Shown here piece after piece: positions 11,473 through 22,433 of a stretch of 64,000 nucleotides of DNA. Within the stretch, counting starts at the first letter, position 1. Every line of letters begins with the position of its first letter. Below the pieces are notes generated by a model, which saw only the letters and a program-made list of their open reading frames with translations, was not told the origin of the DNA and did no database searches. This DNA is from Entomortierella parvispora E1425 (lineage: Eukaryota > Fungi > Mortierellomycota), in contig BQFW01000012.1 of assembly GCA_020891255.1 (NCBI GenBank), forward strand, positions 992,001 through 1,056,000, read 5' to 3'. A program made the position numbers and the translations under genes.

Positions 11473-12999
11473 TCATAATTTTGCCCCTTGAATTTTTGTC
11501 CAAATAGGTCAAAGGATCTCCTTGTAACGCAGCCACAATTGAGACGAATGGCTCTTGGTCCTCCGAGATGAGCAAAGTGCTCATCAACCTCTTGTTTTCT
11601 TGTACCTCAATGGCTTCCTCCACCCCAAGGTCCGGTAGATCCTCCCCAGTGACATTCTTGTGATGGATGCGAGATAAAGGATCGGAGTCTTTCATGTCCC
11701 GCCCTGGTCGATGATGAATGGTAACCCGGTATTGGGCGATGATTAATGTCCACCGAGTGAGTCGCGCGCTCCTCGAAGAAAGGTTATGCATGTATAACAA
11801 CGCCCGATGGTCGATGAAGACATGAATCTCCTTCCCTTCTAACAGATGACTGTGCTTGACGAGGCAATACACTAGTCCTAGCAATTCGCGCTCCGTGGCA
11901 AAATAACGAGACTCGGCCCCCGATAATTTCCGGCTTCCAAAAACAATGGGCTGATATTTGACGTTGATATCGATCCGATCGTCATCTTCTGGGTTCAGAC
12001 AATGAGCAACCACATGCCCTGTGGCGAAATCCGACGTGTCGGCGGATATAATAACCGGTCTCTTATGGTCCATCATAATTAGAACTGGAGCGGTGACCAG
12101 AGCAACCTGAATATCGCGGAAGGCTTTCATATATTTGGGATCTGACATCCATTTTTCCACAAAAGCGTTTGGATCCTTGTGCAATTTGTACAGAGGAAAC
12201 AATGGGGCAGCCATGGCAGAAAAGTTGGATATGAAATCACACAAAAATAAAGCAAAACCAACGAAACCGCGTAGTTCAGTGACATTCTGAGGCACGGGCC
12301 AATATTCCATCTTGAATAGCTTCTTGGGGTCCGCAGAGATCCGACTATCTCCTACAATCCTTCCCAAGAACTCGCGCTGTTTGACAAAGAACGCCGATTT
12401 CTTGCCTGAAAACGAACCGTTGAACATATCCATGCGGGCTAGCACTTCTTCAACGGTGCGGAAATGGAGATGAAAGGTGCCGTCGCCTGTAGCCATGTCG
12501 TCCACGAAATTCCCTAGTCGTTCCTTGATTGTGCTGAAGACCTCGCCCATGTGTCGAGTATACCATTGCATAGAATCGATCAATCCCATAGGCAATACGT
12601 TATACTCGTATAATCCATCCGGAAAGGCGACGGCGGTGAGGAAGCGACTGTCTTCGGCGATAGGTGATTGAAGATACCCATCTTTGCAATCCCAAAATGA
12701 CAAAAACTCGCATCCTTGCAACTTGTATATCTCGGTGATGGGATCCGGTAGCGGCCATGCCATAGGTGCAATCAACTTGTTGACTGGTATGAAATTAACG
12801 CATACCCGATAGGAGTTATCCTTCTTTTGTATTAAGAGCGGATTGCAGGAGGCAGGAGAGCTGGATCGCCTCATCTTTCCAGCCTTGACCATTTGATCGC
12901 GATATTCACATAAAGTGGTTATCTGACCCGGTGAATATTTCTTGTTGTACGCACGCGGAAACTTTGAGCCAGGCTTGAGGTGGAAAGAAGCGGGTGCTT
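11473..12999 (-). pseudogene. pol: RT-RNase H of B1, 5'-truncated by the internal deletion
   Basis: FVDD RT motif, ADTSDFATG and ERELLG RNase H motifs; matches B2. Confidence 0.92.
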
Positions 13000-13285
13000 T
13001 CCATCAGCCATTTCTCTCTGTCCGTGGCTACAAACACTTCAGGTGTGTTTTTGAGGTGACCTGGGATCTCTCCTTCTAGGCGCATATCTGGCACACTACT
13101 CTCCATGCTGCTAGTGGATGCGGCAGGGGACCGGTCCGCGGAGATACTATCGGAGCTGCGCAGGGTCATGTTGGGATCCAATGAAGACTGGTTTCAAATT
13201 GATATCGGAAAGAAGAAGAGTTTCTCTTTAATCTCAGACGGGAGGGCTTGTAACTGCCCAGGTTCTCCACCAAATTGGCTTCGGG

Positions 13286-14323
13286 TGTGATGTTGTCTAA
13301 AGTAAGTGTAGTCTAACGTCAGCAAAGGCTGGAGGTGAAAATGATAACGAAAAGAATAATAACGAACAAAGCTCGCTGCTTACATATGATAGGGACTTTG
13401 CTCTCTGTGCCACAAGGATCAAGCACAGCACTGCTATATGATCAGATACAATCTCGAGAGAATGAACTGGATAGACAGGAGGAGGAGAATGAGCAACAGG
13501 ATCACGATGTAAGCAGGAACGAAACTGAAAGGAGACTAATAAGGACATACCAATGAGCTAAGCACGTCCTAATGGTAACCAAACAGGAGAATAAACAACT
13601 ACGGAGGCGAACACTAGGTACTATACTAACTAATAACAACAACAAGGGAGGATTGAAGGGATCTAATCAGTAAGAGCAAGGCTAGAAGTATTCTATCAGG
13701 GAAAGGGGACAAGGCCGCCTAACTGAGGGTTCAGGAGGGACTCGAGGGAAGGCGACGAGAAGATAAGGGAGGTTCCCAAGCACCAGTTAAGGCCTCAGGG
13801 TGCCCAAGCGCCAGTTAAGGCCTCAGGGTGGGATGCCAAGATCGTACAAGTCCACTCAAAAGAGACAAGACATTGTTGGTACCTCGTAAGTGAGCAAGGA
13901 CACGGAGAACGGGTTGGCCGAGGTTCCTGACGGGACTTGTCGAGGACGGGGAAGATCGTAACTTGTGAGTGTACAAGGTCGATCAACAGAACGCAATAGG
14001 TCTGTGATATCCAAAGGTAGGGGGGGGAGGAGGTTTAGACTAGCTACTAATAGTCTCAGCAATCGGAATTAAGGCGTCGAGCTTGCTGCTGCTGCAAAGG
14101 GGATATCGGGCAGGAAGGGGGGGATGTATGTTTGTGTTCTGAAGGGTTCAACAAAAGTGTACTGGCAGGAATCGTAAAGGAAAAAGGCAACCAGGAGCAA
14201 AATGGATTTTGCTCCCTTCTTTATAGAAAAAAAAACTGAAACTAAACAAAATAATAAATGCTACTGAAAATATATCTCTACTCCGATGGATGTGGACCGG
14301 GACTCCACATCTACTACACCACA
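13286..14323 (-). repeat. 5' LTR of B1
   Basis: Direct repeat of 4115-5151, followed (element sense) by a 13-nt spacer and TGGTGGAGAACCTGGG. Confidence 0.95.
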
Positions 14324-14327
14324 ACGT

Positions 14328-15129
14328 TCAACACTCCAGGGCGATAAACGACCTTGAATGTATAATCCAGAATGGTTTCCTGCCATGCCGTCAACATTGA
14401 GTTCATCTCCTTTTGCGTGTGCATAAAAGTCAAAGCACGATGGTCAGTAAAGAGCGTGAAACAACGACCCCACAGGTAATAATGAAGCTTTTTTAACGCA
14501 AAGACAATGGCCAAAAGCTCACGCTGCGTGGCGGAATAATTCCTTTCACTTGGTTGCAATGAGCGTGCAACAAATGATACGTACCGAATATTCTTCGGTT
14601 CATCTTCTCCTCCTGGTAGCTGGTACAGTACTGCTCCAATGCCATAGTTCGATGCGTCCGTGGCCACATACTGTAAAATGGCTGACTGAAGTCTGGGAAA
14701 TGTAAAATTGGCGCTTGCACCAATAAGTTTTTTAAAGTGTTGAAGCACTTCAACTGGAGTTTGTTCAGCGTGAACGTTCCTGGTTCATTTCTCAGTGCAT
14801 CTAATGGTGCTGCTACCGTGCTGATTAATGGGACGAATTCTCTAAAGAAATTAAACGTTCCCATATACGACATTACCTGCTTGCCTGTCGTAGGTGCCTT
14901 CCATTCATCGATGTTCGCCAATTTGTTGGGGTCAACTCTCTTCCCATTGACGTCAATGATGAATCCCAATAAGGCCACCTGAGTGCTGTAAAACCTGCAC
15001 TTGTCTCCGTTGATGATAAGATTCGCCTCTGTCAGTCTCTCGATGACAATCCTGACATGCACAGCGTGCTCCGCCTTGTTCTTTGAAGCTATCAGGATAT
15101 CATCAATGAAATTCCTAACGAATTTTAGA
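14328..15129 (-). pseudogene. pol: RT C-terminal half and RNase H of element D
   Basis: FIDDIL, ATDASNYGIG and ELLAIV motifs; 5-bp insertion at 14669-14675. Confidence 0.92.
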
Positions 15130-16905
15130 TCCCCCAAACAAGAAGGCAACACGGATTTCGTGACCGTCTTTTTGGTGCAATTTGATTGGTTATCGCTAAG
15201 TCATGTGACCATCCCGTTGCAATCAAACAATCAATCACACAAATGCAGCTTACTTACACCTCCGTCTTTTACACCTCCGTCTTTTACACCTCCGTCTTTT
15301 TTTTTATAGATTTATATAGACTATTATAATACATATTTTACATATTCGTTATATAATATTTTCCTTGGCTCCTCATTCTTGAACTTCCTTATTATGCATG
15401 CATGCATGCTAATTAACAAGTACAGTGTACACCTCCGTCTTTTTTTTTATCAAGTTTAATATGTATAATATTCGTTTTATATCTAATTATTAAATTAAAA
15501 AGAAATTCACGGGGGGGTTTTTTTTTTTTCGTTTTTCTGTTACCCTGTTACCATTTCCGGCCATCTATTCTTCCTCACTCCCACTCTCACTCCCTCTCTC
15601 CGCCAGTATTTCCTCTTGCCTCTGCTCCTATCTCCCTCTCTCACAGGCCCATGTCCTTTCTGTCTAGGCACCAAAGCCGGAGCGTTTGTAAGGGCAGATG
15701 ACGGCCATGCCATGCCACCCAGATGACGACCAGATTAGAGTCAGCCACTAGATGGCCACCAGATGATGACCCATGCCAGCCAGATGATGGCCAGATAACG
15801 GTCAGCGCCAGGCAGATGGTCACCATCTGACCTGTGCCAGCAAGATGATGGCCCATTACAGCGAGATGGGGGGCAGATGACGGTTAGCGCCAGCCAGATG
15901 GCGACCAACTCTCCTGTGCATGCAAAATGGACGCCAGATGACGGTCAGCGCCAGGCAGATGGCCACCATCTGGCCTGTGCCAGCAAGATGATGGCCCATT
16001 AAAGCGAGATGGGGGGCAGATGACGGTTAGCGCCAGGTAGATGGCGACGAACAGACCTGTGCCAACAAGATGGCGACCCATGCCAACTCAAGATGGCGAC
16101 GAACTGTCCTCTACCAGCAAGATGATTGACCTGCGTCTACCAGATGACGGTCAGCGCGCAGTTAGATGTCCTGTTATAACAAGTTGATTGACATGCGCCT
16201 CTCAGATGACCGCAATGAGGGGGGGACAAGGACAAGGACAAGGACAAGGACAAGGACAATGACGTGGCAACTGTTAAGGTAACTAAGCGTCCTTCGCTGC
16301 CTTCCATCTCTACTCGATACCAGCCAGACAGCTTACATGTAACGGCTCTTTCCAATTGATTGTCACTCTCAATGCTGCTGTCATATATCAGAAGAGATAA
16401 GATAGGAGTGTGAAAACTACCGCTTTTTTCTCCACCACTTATCACTTCCGTCTATTCAGCGTGGCACTAGCGGCAGATAGGGGCAAGGATAGGGAGGTAC
16501 AGGAAGAAAGCAGAGGACGCGTATTACTTTGAAGAAAAGAAAGAGCAGGTAGGATTGATTTTTTGAACATGGAAGCACCGTGCGACTCGAGTGTTCCGGA
16601 ATATCTCACATTCTTTTGTTTTTCCCTTTCCATAGTCCATCCGGTGGAGTACCATCTCTCTCTGCCAGTGTTTCCTCCTGCCTCTGCTCCTATTTCCCTC
16701 TATCTGTTGGTGCTCAAGTAACTTTCTAAGAGCCACAGGCCCATGTCCTTCCTGTCTAGGCATCAAAGCTGCAGCGTTTATAATAGCAGCAATAGAGGTA
16801 TGTGCCTGGACTGGCAACGGTTCCTTATTTTTGCTGTTTCTCACTGTTGACCACTTGAAATTGACGCGCGCACACTTTGCTCTGTCGGGGCAGCGGCAAT
16901 TAAAC

Positions 16906-16942
<37 letters not shown>

Positions 16943-19015
16943 GTTTAAGCGCTTTACCTCATCATCCTTTCTACCAGATGTTCTGCAAATGACCTGCGTC
17001 GATCACATGGAAGCCAGATGGCGACCAACTATCCAACTATCCTGTGCCAGCAAGATGATTGACCTATGTCGACCAGATGACGGTGTGGTGTAGTAGATGT
17101 GGAGTCCCGGTCCACATCCATCGAAGTAGAGATATATTTTCAGTAGCATTTATTATTTTGTTTAGTTTCAGTTTTTTTTTTTTCTATAAAGAAGGGAGCA
17201 AAATCCATTTTGCTCCTGGTTGCCTTTTTCCTTTACGATTCCTGCCAGTACACTTTTGTTGAACCCTTCAGAACACAAACACACATCCCCCCCTTCCTGC
17301 CCGATATCCCCTTTGCAGCAGCAGCAAGCTCGACGCCTTAATTCCGATTGCTGAGACTATTAGTAGCTAGTCTAAACCTCCTCCCCCCCTTACCTTTGGA
17401 TATCACAGACCTATTGCGTTCTGTTGATCGACCTTGTACACTCACAAGTTACGATCTTCCCCGTCCTCGACAAGTCCCGTCAAGAACCTCGGCCAACCAC
17501 TTGTCCGTGTCCTTGCTCACTTACGAGGTACCAACAATGTCTTGTCTCTTTTGAGTGGACTTGTACGATCTTGGCATCCCACCCTGAGGCCTTAACTGGC
17601 GCTTGGGCACCCTGAGGCCTTAACTGGTGCTTGGGAACCTCCCTTATCTTCTCGTCGCCTTCCCTCGAGTCCCTCCTGAACCCTCAGCTAGGCGGCCTTG
17701 TCCCCTTTCCCTGGATAGAATACTTCTAGCCTTGCTCTTACTGATTAGATCCCTTCAATCCTCCCTTGTTGTTGTTATTAGTTAGTATAGTACCTAGTGT
17801 TCGCCTCCGTAGTTGTTTATTCTCCTGTTTGGTTACCATTAGGACGTGCTTAGCTCATTGGTATGTCCTTATTAGTCTCCTTTCAGTTTCGTTCCTGCTT
17901 ATATCGTGATCCTGTTGCTCATTCTCCTCCTCCTGTCTATCCAGTTCATTCTCTCGAGATTGTATCTGATCATATAGCAGTGCTGTGCTTGATCCTTGTG
18001 GCACAGAGAGCAAAGTCCCTATCATATGTAAGCAGCGAGCTTTGTTCGTTATTATTCTTTTCGTTATCATTTTCACCTCCAGCCTTTGCTGACGTTAGAC
18101 TATACTTACTTTAGACAACATCACAACGGCCAGCCCTCAGCCAGATGTCCTGTTGTAATAAAACAATGAGAGGGGACAAGGACAAGGGCAACTAATAAGG
18201 TAACTAAAACGCCTTTCGCTGCCTTTCATCTCTACTCGATACCAGCCAGATAGCTTGCCCTGTCTAATTGTCAGGCACCAGGTGGTCAAATACTGTAATC
18301 TTTTCTGATGACCTTTTCTTTTTGTAATGGTTCTTTTCAATTGATAGGCAATGCCTCTGTCATTTACAAAGCTTCCATCGTCTATCAACATTTCCTCACT
18401 GGACATGAAAAATTCGACTTGAAGAGATAAGGATAGGAGTATGAAACTACCGCTTTTTTTTCTACTACTTATCACTTCCGTCTATTACTTGGTGGCGCTA
18501 GAGGTACTGTAAGTAGGGGCAAGGACGGGGGCACAGGAAGAAGGCAGAGGATGCGAATTATCAAAGGAAACGTAGTGGCTATTAAACTCGCCTTGATTCA
18601 AGGCTGGCATGCATTCGCCTTACTGTTGGTAGTAGAGCCACCAAAAGTGGGGCATTGTGCGGTATCCAATAATCTCCGCTTCGCATCATGTAGGTAAGTA
18701 ACATGAAAGTGCCAGTAACCAAATGCCAAAGCAAATGTTACAAGAGAGGTTGATTCTACTCATCGACAATATGAAATAAATCACAGTATAAATTTGAACA
18801 AGTATAATGTGGTGCCACGAAGACCCGTGGCGTGACCCACGGGCACATGGCTACGCGTTAAATGTTTGCTTAAAATAAAAAAACTATAATAGCTGATTAG
18901 TCTAGGTTTATTAATAATATAAAAATGATAAAATGAAGCCTTCAATAAAATATTATCGAAAATCAGATGCCATCGTCTTGATTGGGTACCGCGGCGAAGC
19001 TGCGGGTGCCGCTAG
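15130..19015 (+). mobile_element. Non-autonomous Helitron (no RepHel ORF) carrying a solo B LTR
   Basis: 5' TC, 3' CTAG, subterminal hairpin CCGCGG-CGAAG-CTGCGG (18989-19005). Inserted between A15129 and T19016 with no TSD; removing it restores CTT GGA GAT CTA AAA TTC (LGDLKF) of D RT. Confidence 0.93.
17084..18125 (+). repeat. Solo LTR of family B
   Basis: Full B LTR with TSD ACGG at 17080-17083 and 18126-18129. Confidence 0.96.
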
Positions 19016-19512
19016 TCTCCAAGAATTCTACTCATTCCTCTTTGAAACAATGACGATAACGGTTTGAGTCCGAAAGGCGCCTTCTTAAACATGTATTGAA
19101 CTCCTCCATGCATGAATGCTGTCAAATTTCTGTCTGCTGCATGAATTGGTAGCCTGTGGTATGCTTGTCTGAGATCAATCGTCGTGAAAACTTCGTTGCC
19201 TCCCGCAAAGTTCATAATATCTGATATCAGTGGGACAGGGAAATTGTCATCCGGTAAATAGGCGTTTAACGGCCTTGGATCCAAGCATACACGATACAGT
19301 GTTTTGTTCCCTTCCAAATCCTTTTTTGCTGCGAGCGTCAAAGTATTGTTGTATCTGTTTCCAGCTGGTGCTAACATGATCACATCGTCCTTTATCCATG
19401 CTTCCACTGCTGCATCCAGAATTGGAACCTGCGACGCTGCAAATACTCGTGGTCTTGTATAAAGTTCTACTCCTTCTGGTACTGCTAAAAATACCTTCAT
19501 TTCTGGTATCGG
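19016..19512 (-). pseudogene. pol: RT N-terminal half of element D
   Basis: YRVCLDPRPLN, IDLRQAYH and APFGL RT motifs. Confidence 0.92.
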
Positions 19513-20532
19513 TGTGGTGTAGTAGATACAGATCACACATTTGTAGAAGTCAGTTTAGACACCCTTAAAAGATTGCGTTAATATAATTTTGTGTTCAGAG
19601 CAATAATTGCTCTGGGTCGCTTCCTTCCCTACTTTTTCGTTTGCCTTTGTTTGATCGTTACAGAACACATACACATCCCCCCCTCACTTCCTGCCCGATA
19701 TCCCCTTTGCAGCTGCAGCAAGATCGACGCCTTAATTCCGATTGCTGAGACTATTAGTAGCTAGTCTAACCTCCTCCTCCCCCCTTTACCTTTGGATATC
19801 ACAGACCCTGTTCTGCCGATCAAGCTTGCCTTCGTACAAGTCTTGAGCTTCCACCGGACTGAGATCTTTATTGATACTTGGTTCACACAGTTTAAACAGA
19901 GAGATCCTGCAACGTCTATCCTCCCCCTCGCAAGCAATCCCCTTTCCCTTGATCACTTGTGACCCGCTGTGGTGTAGTAGATACAGATCACACATTTGTA
20001 GAAGTCAGTTTAGATACCCTTAAAAGATTGCGTTAATATAATTTCGTGTTCAGAGCAGTAATTGCTCTGGGTCGCTTCCTTCCCTACTTTTTCGTTTGCT
20101 TTTGTTTGATCGTTACAGAACACATACACATTCCCCCCCCCCCACTTCCTGCCCGATATCCCCTTTGCAGCAGCAGCAAGATCGACGCCTTAATTCCGAT
20201 TGCTGAGACTATTAGTAGCTAGTCTAACCTCCTCCCCCCCCTTTACCTTTGGATATCACAGACCCTGTTCTGCCGATCAAGCTTGCCTTCGTACAAGTCT
20301 TGAGCTTCCACCCGACTGAGATCTTTATTGATACTTGGTTCACACAGTTTAGACAGTGAGATTCTGCAACGTCTATCCTCCCCCTCGCAAGCAATCCCCT
20401 TTCCCTTGATCACTTGTGACCAGCCCCTCTCTCCTTGAGCTACGACCGATCCCCAACCCATTGTAGCAACACCACACCGCCCCTCTCTCCTTGAGCTACG
20501 ACCGATCCCCAACCCATTGTAGCAACACCACA
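19513..20532 (+). repeat. Solo LTR C1 (~0.5 kb) with solo LTR C2 inserted
   Basis: TGTGGTG...CACCACA termini. Flanks are TCGG (left) and TCGT (right), non-matching because of the inversion described under findings. Confidence 0.92.
19968..20476 (+). repeat. Solo LTR C2 (509 bp)
   Basis: TSD CCGC at 19964-19967 and 20477-20480, inside C1. Confidence 0.95.
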
Positions 20533-21926
20533 TCGTCTGAAGAAATAAAAATGGAGCAAAAGCCAGAAACGGCTACGAAAAAGAAAAAGAAAAGAAAAGC
20601 GAGAAAAAGAATGCCAGCGAATGGCGGCGTAAGAGTCATAACAAGGGAAGACATTGTTAAGACTATGATTGCAGTGCTAGAGGAGAGGGAAAGGAGAAGC
20701 GCCTCTGGCGACAGCGAAGGGAGCAGCAAGGAAGCAGAGGAAGCAGAGGTGAAGTTTGCTGCAGCAACAATGGTTGAAGAAATCGCTGCCGATCCCGATG
20801 TGGAGGACGCGCAAGCAACAGAGCATGAAGGGTATACGATTGAACATGATGTGGTGACGTTGTGGTGTTGCTACAATGGGTTGGGGATCGGTCGTAGCTC
20901 AAGGAGAGAGGGGCTGGTCACAAGTGATCAAGGGAAAGGGGATTGCTTGCGAGGGGGAGGATAGACGTTGCAGGATCTCACTGTCTAAACTGTGTGAACC
21001 AAGTATCAATAAAGATCTCATTCCGGTGGAAGCTCAAGACTTGTACGAAGGCAAGCTTGATCGGCAGAACAGGGTCTGTGATATCCAAAGGTAAAGGGGG
21101 GGGGGAGGAGGTTAGACTAGCTACTAATAGTCTCAGCAATCGGAATTAAGGCGTCGATCTTGCTGCTGCTGCAAAGGGGATATCGGGCAGGAAGTGGGGG
21201 GGGGATGTGTATGTGTTCTGTAACGATCAAACAAAAGCAAACGAAAAAGTAGGGAAGGAAGCGACCCAGAGCAATTACTGCTCTGAACACGAAATTATAT
21301 TAACGCAATCTTTTAAGGGTATCTAAACTGACTTCTACAAATGTGTGATCTGTCATCAAATCTTTTGCCATTCGAATCGCCAGGCTGCATCTTGCATTTC
21401 AATGCAAGCAAGAAGGCAGGAAAAAAAGACAACCGCATCTTTGTCCCGATTATTATCAGACAGGAGCGACACTATGCATTGATTGACACTGGAGCAACAC
21501 ATTCATTCATAAGCAAGACAGTTGTCGACCAATATCGCATACCGACTAGCCCCCAAAAAGGACTTATTCAGTTAGCGGACAGGTCGACCATACCAAGGTT
21601 GGGAGAGACAGAAAGTGTAGAAGTCACATGCGGGGAGCATATGCTCAGTGCACCATATGAAGTAATTGATCAGGAGCATGCAATAACAATTGGCATGGAT
21701 CTATTTCATAGGTATGGATTTAACCTCATGGGCCTACCTGACCCAGAAATGGCGACGGAGAAGGAGACACCGCCAAAGGAGGATGACAAACCCACACTCA
21801 TCCCATTACAAACACCTCTCGTGGAGGAGACAAGTGAGTTCATCAAGGAGAAGCAAGAATTCATGAGGAAGATCAAGGACGCCTTGAAAAAAAACGCACA
21901 GATATCGCCGCAAAGCCATTGCCCGA
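20533..21926 (+). pseudogene. pol: Inverted gag-pol spacer and aspartic protease segment of element D
   Basis: ALIDTGATHSFI and ITIGMD protease motifs on the + strand, while the rest of D is on the - strand. Confidence 0.9.
20861..21353 (-). repeat. Solo LTR C3 with a small terminal deletion
   Basis: Left flank ACGT. About 19 nt (LTR end plus the second TSD) are lost at a GT microhomology; the empty site GTG ACG TCA TCA AAT is in frame. Confidence 0.88.
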
Positions 21927-22433
21927 TGTGGTGTTGCTACAAGGGGTTGGGGATCGGTCGTAGCTCAAGGAGAGAGGGGCGGGTCACAAGTGATCAAGGG
22001 AAAGGGGATTGCTTGCGAGGGGGAGGATAGACGTTGCAGGATCTCACTGTCTAAACTGTGTGAACCAAGTATCAATAAAGATCTCAGTCCGGTGGAAGCT
22101 CAAGACTTGAACGAAGGCAAGCTTGATCGGCAGAACAGGGTCTGTGATATCCAAAGGTAAAGGGGGGGGGGAGGAGGTTAGACTAGCTACTAATAGTCTC
22201 AGCAATCGGAATTAAGGCGTCGATCTTGCTGCTGTTGCAAAGGGGATATCGGGCAGGAAGTGGGGGGGGATGTGTATGTGTTCTGTAGCGATCAAACAAA
22301 GGCAAACGAAAAAGTAGGGAAGGAAGCGACCCAGAGCAATTACTGCTCTGAACACAAAATTATATTAACGCAATCTTTTAAGGGTATCTAAACTGACTTC
22401 TACAAATGTGTGATCTGTATCTACTACACCACA
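21927..22433 (-). repeat. Solo LTR C4 (507 bp)
   Basis: Inverted relative to C1; flanks CCGA (21923-21926) and ACGA (22434-22437). Confidence 0.93.

Larger units (their letters stand above)
4115..14323 (-). mobile_element. Ty3/Gypsy element B1 (non-chromoviral, ~1.04-kb LTRs), internally deleted, carrying A1
   Basis: LTRs at 4115-5151 and 13286-14323; 4-bp TSD ACGT at 4111-4114 and 14324-14327. RT/RH/IN are present; 3360 bp are missing relative to B2. Confidence 0.95.
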
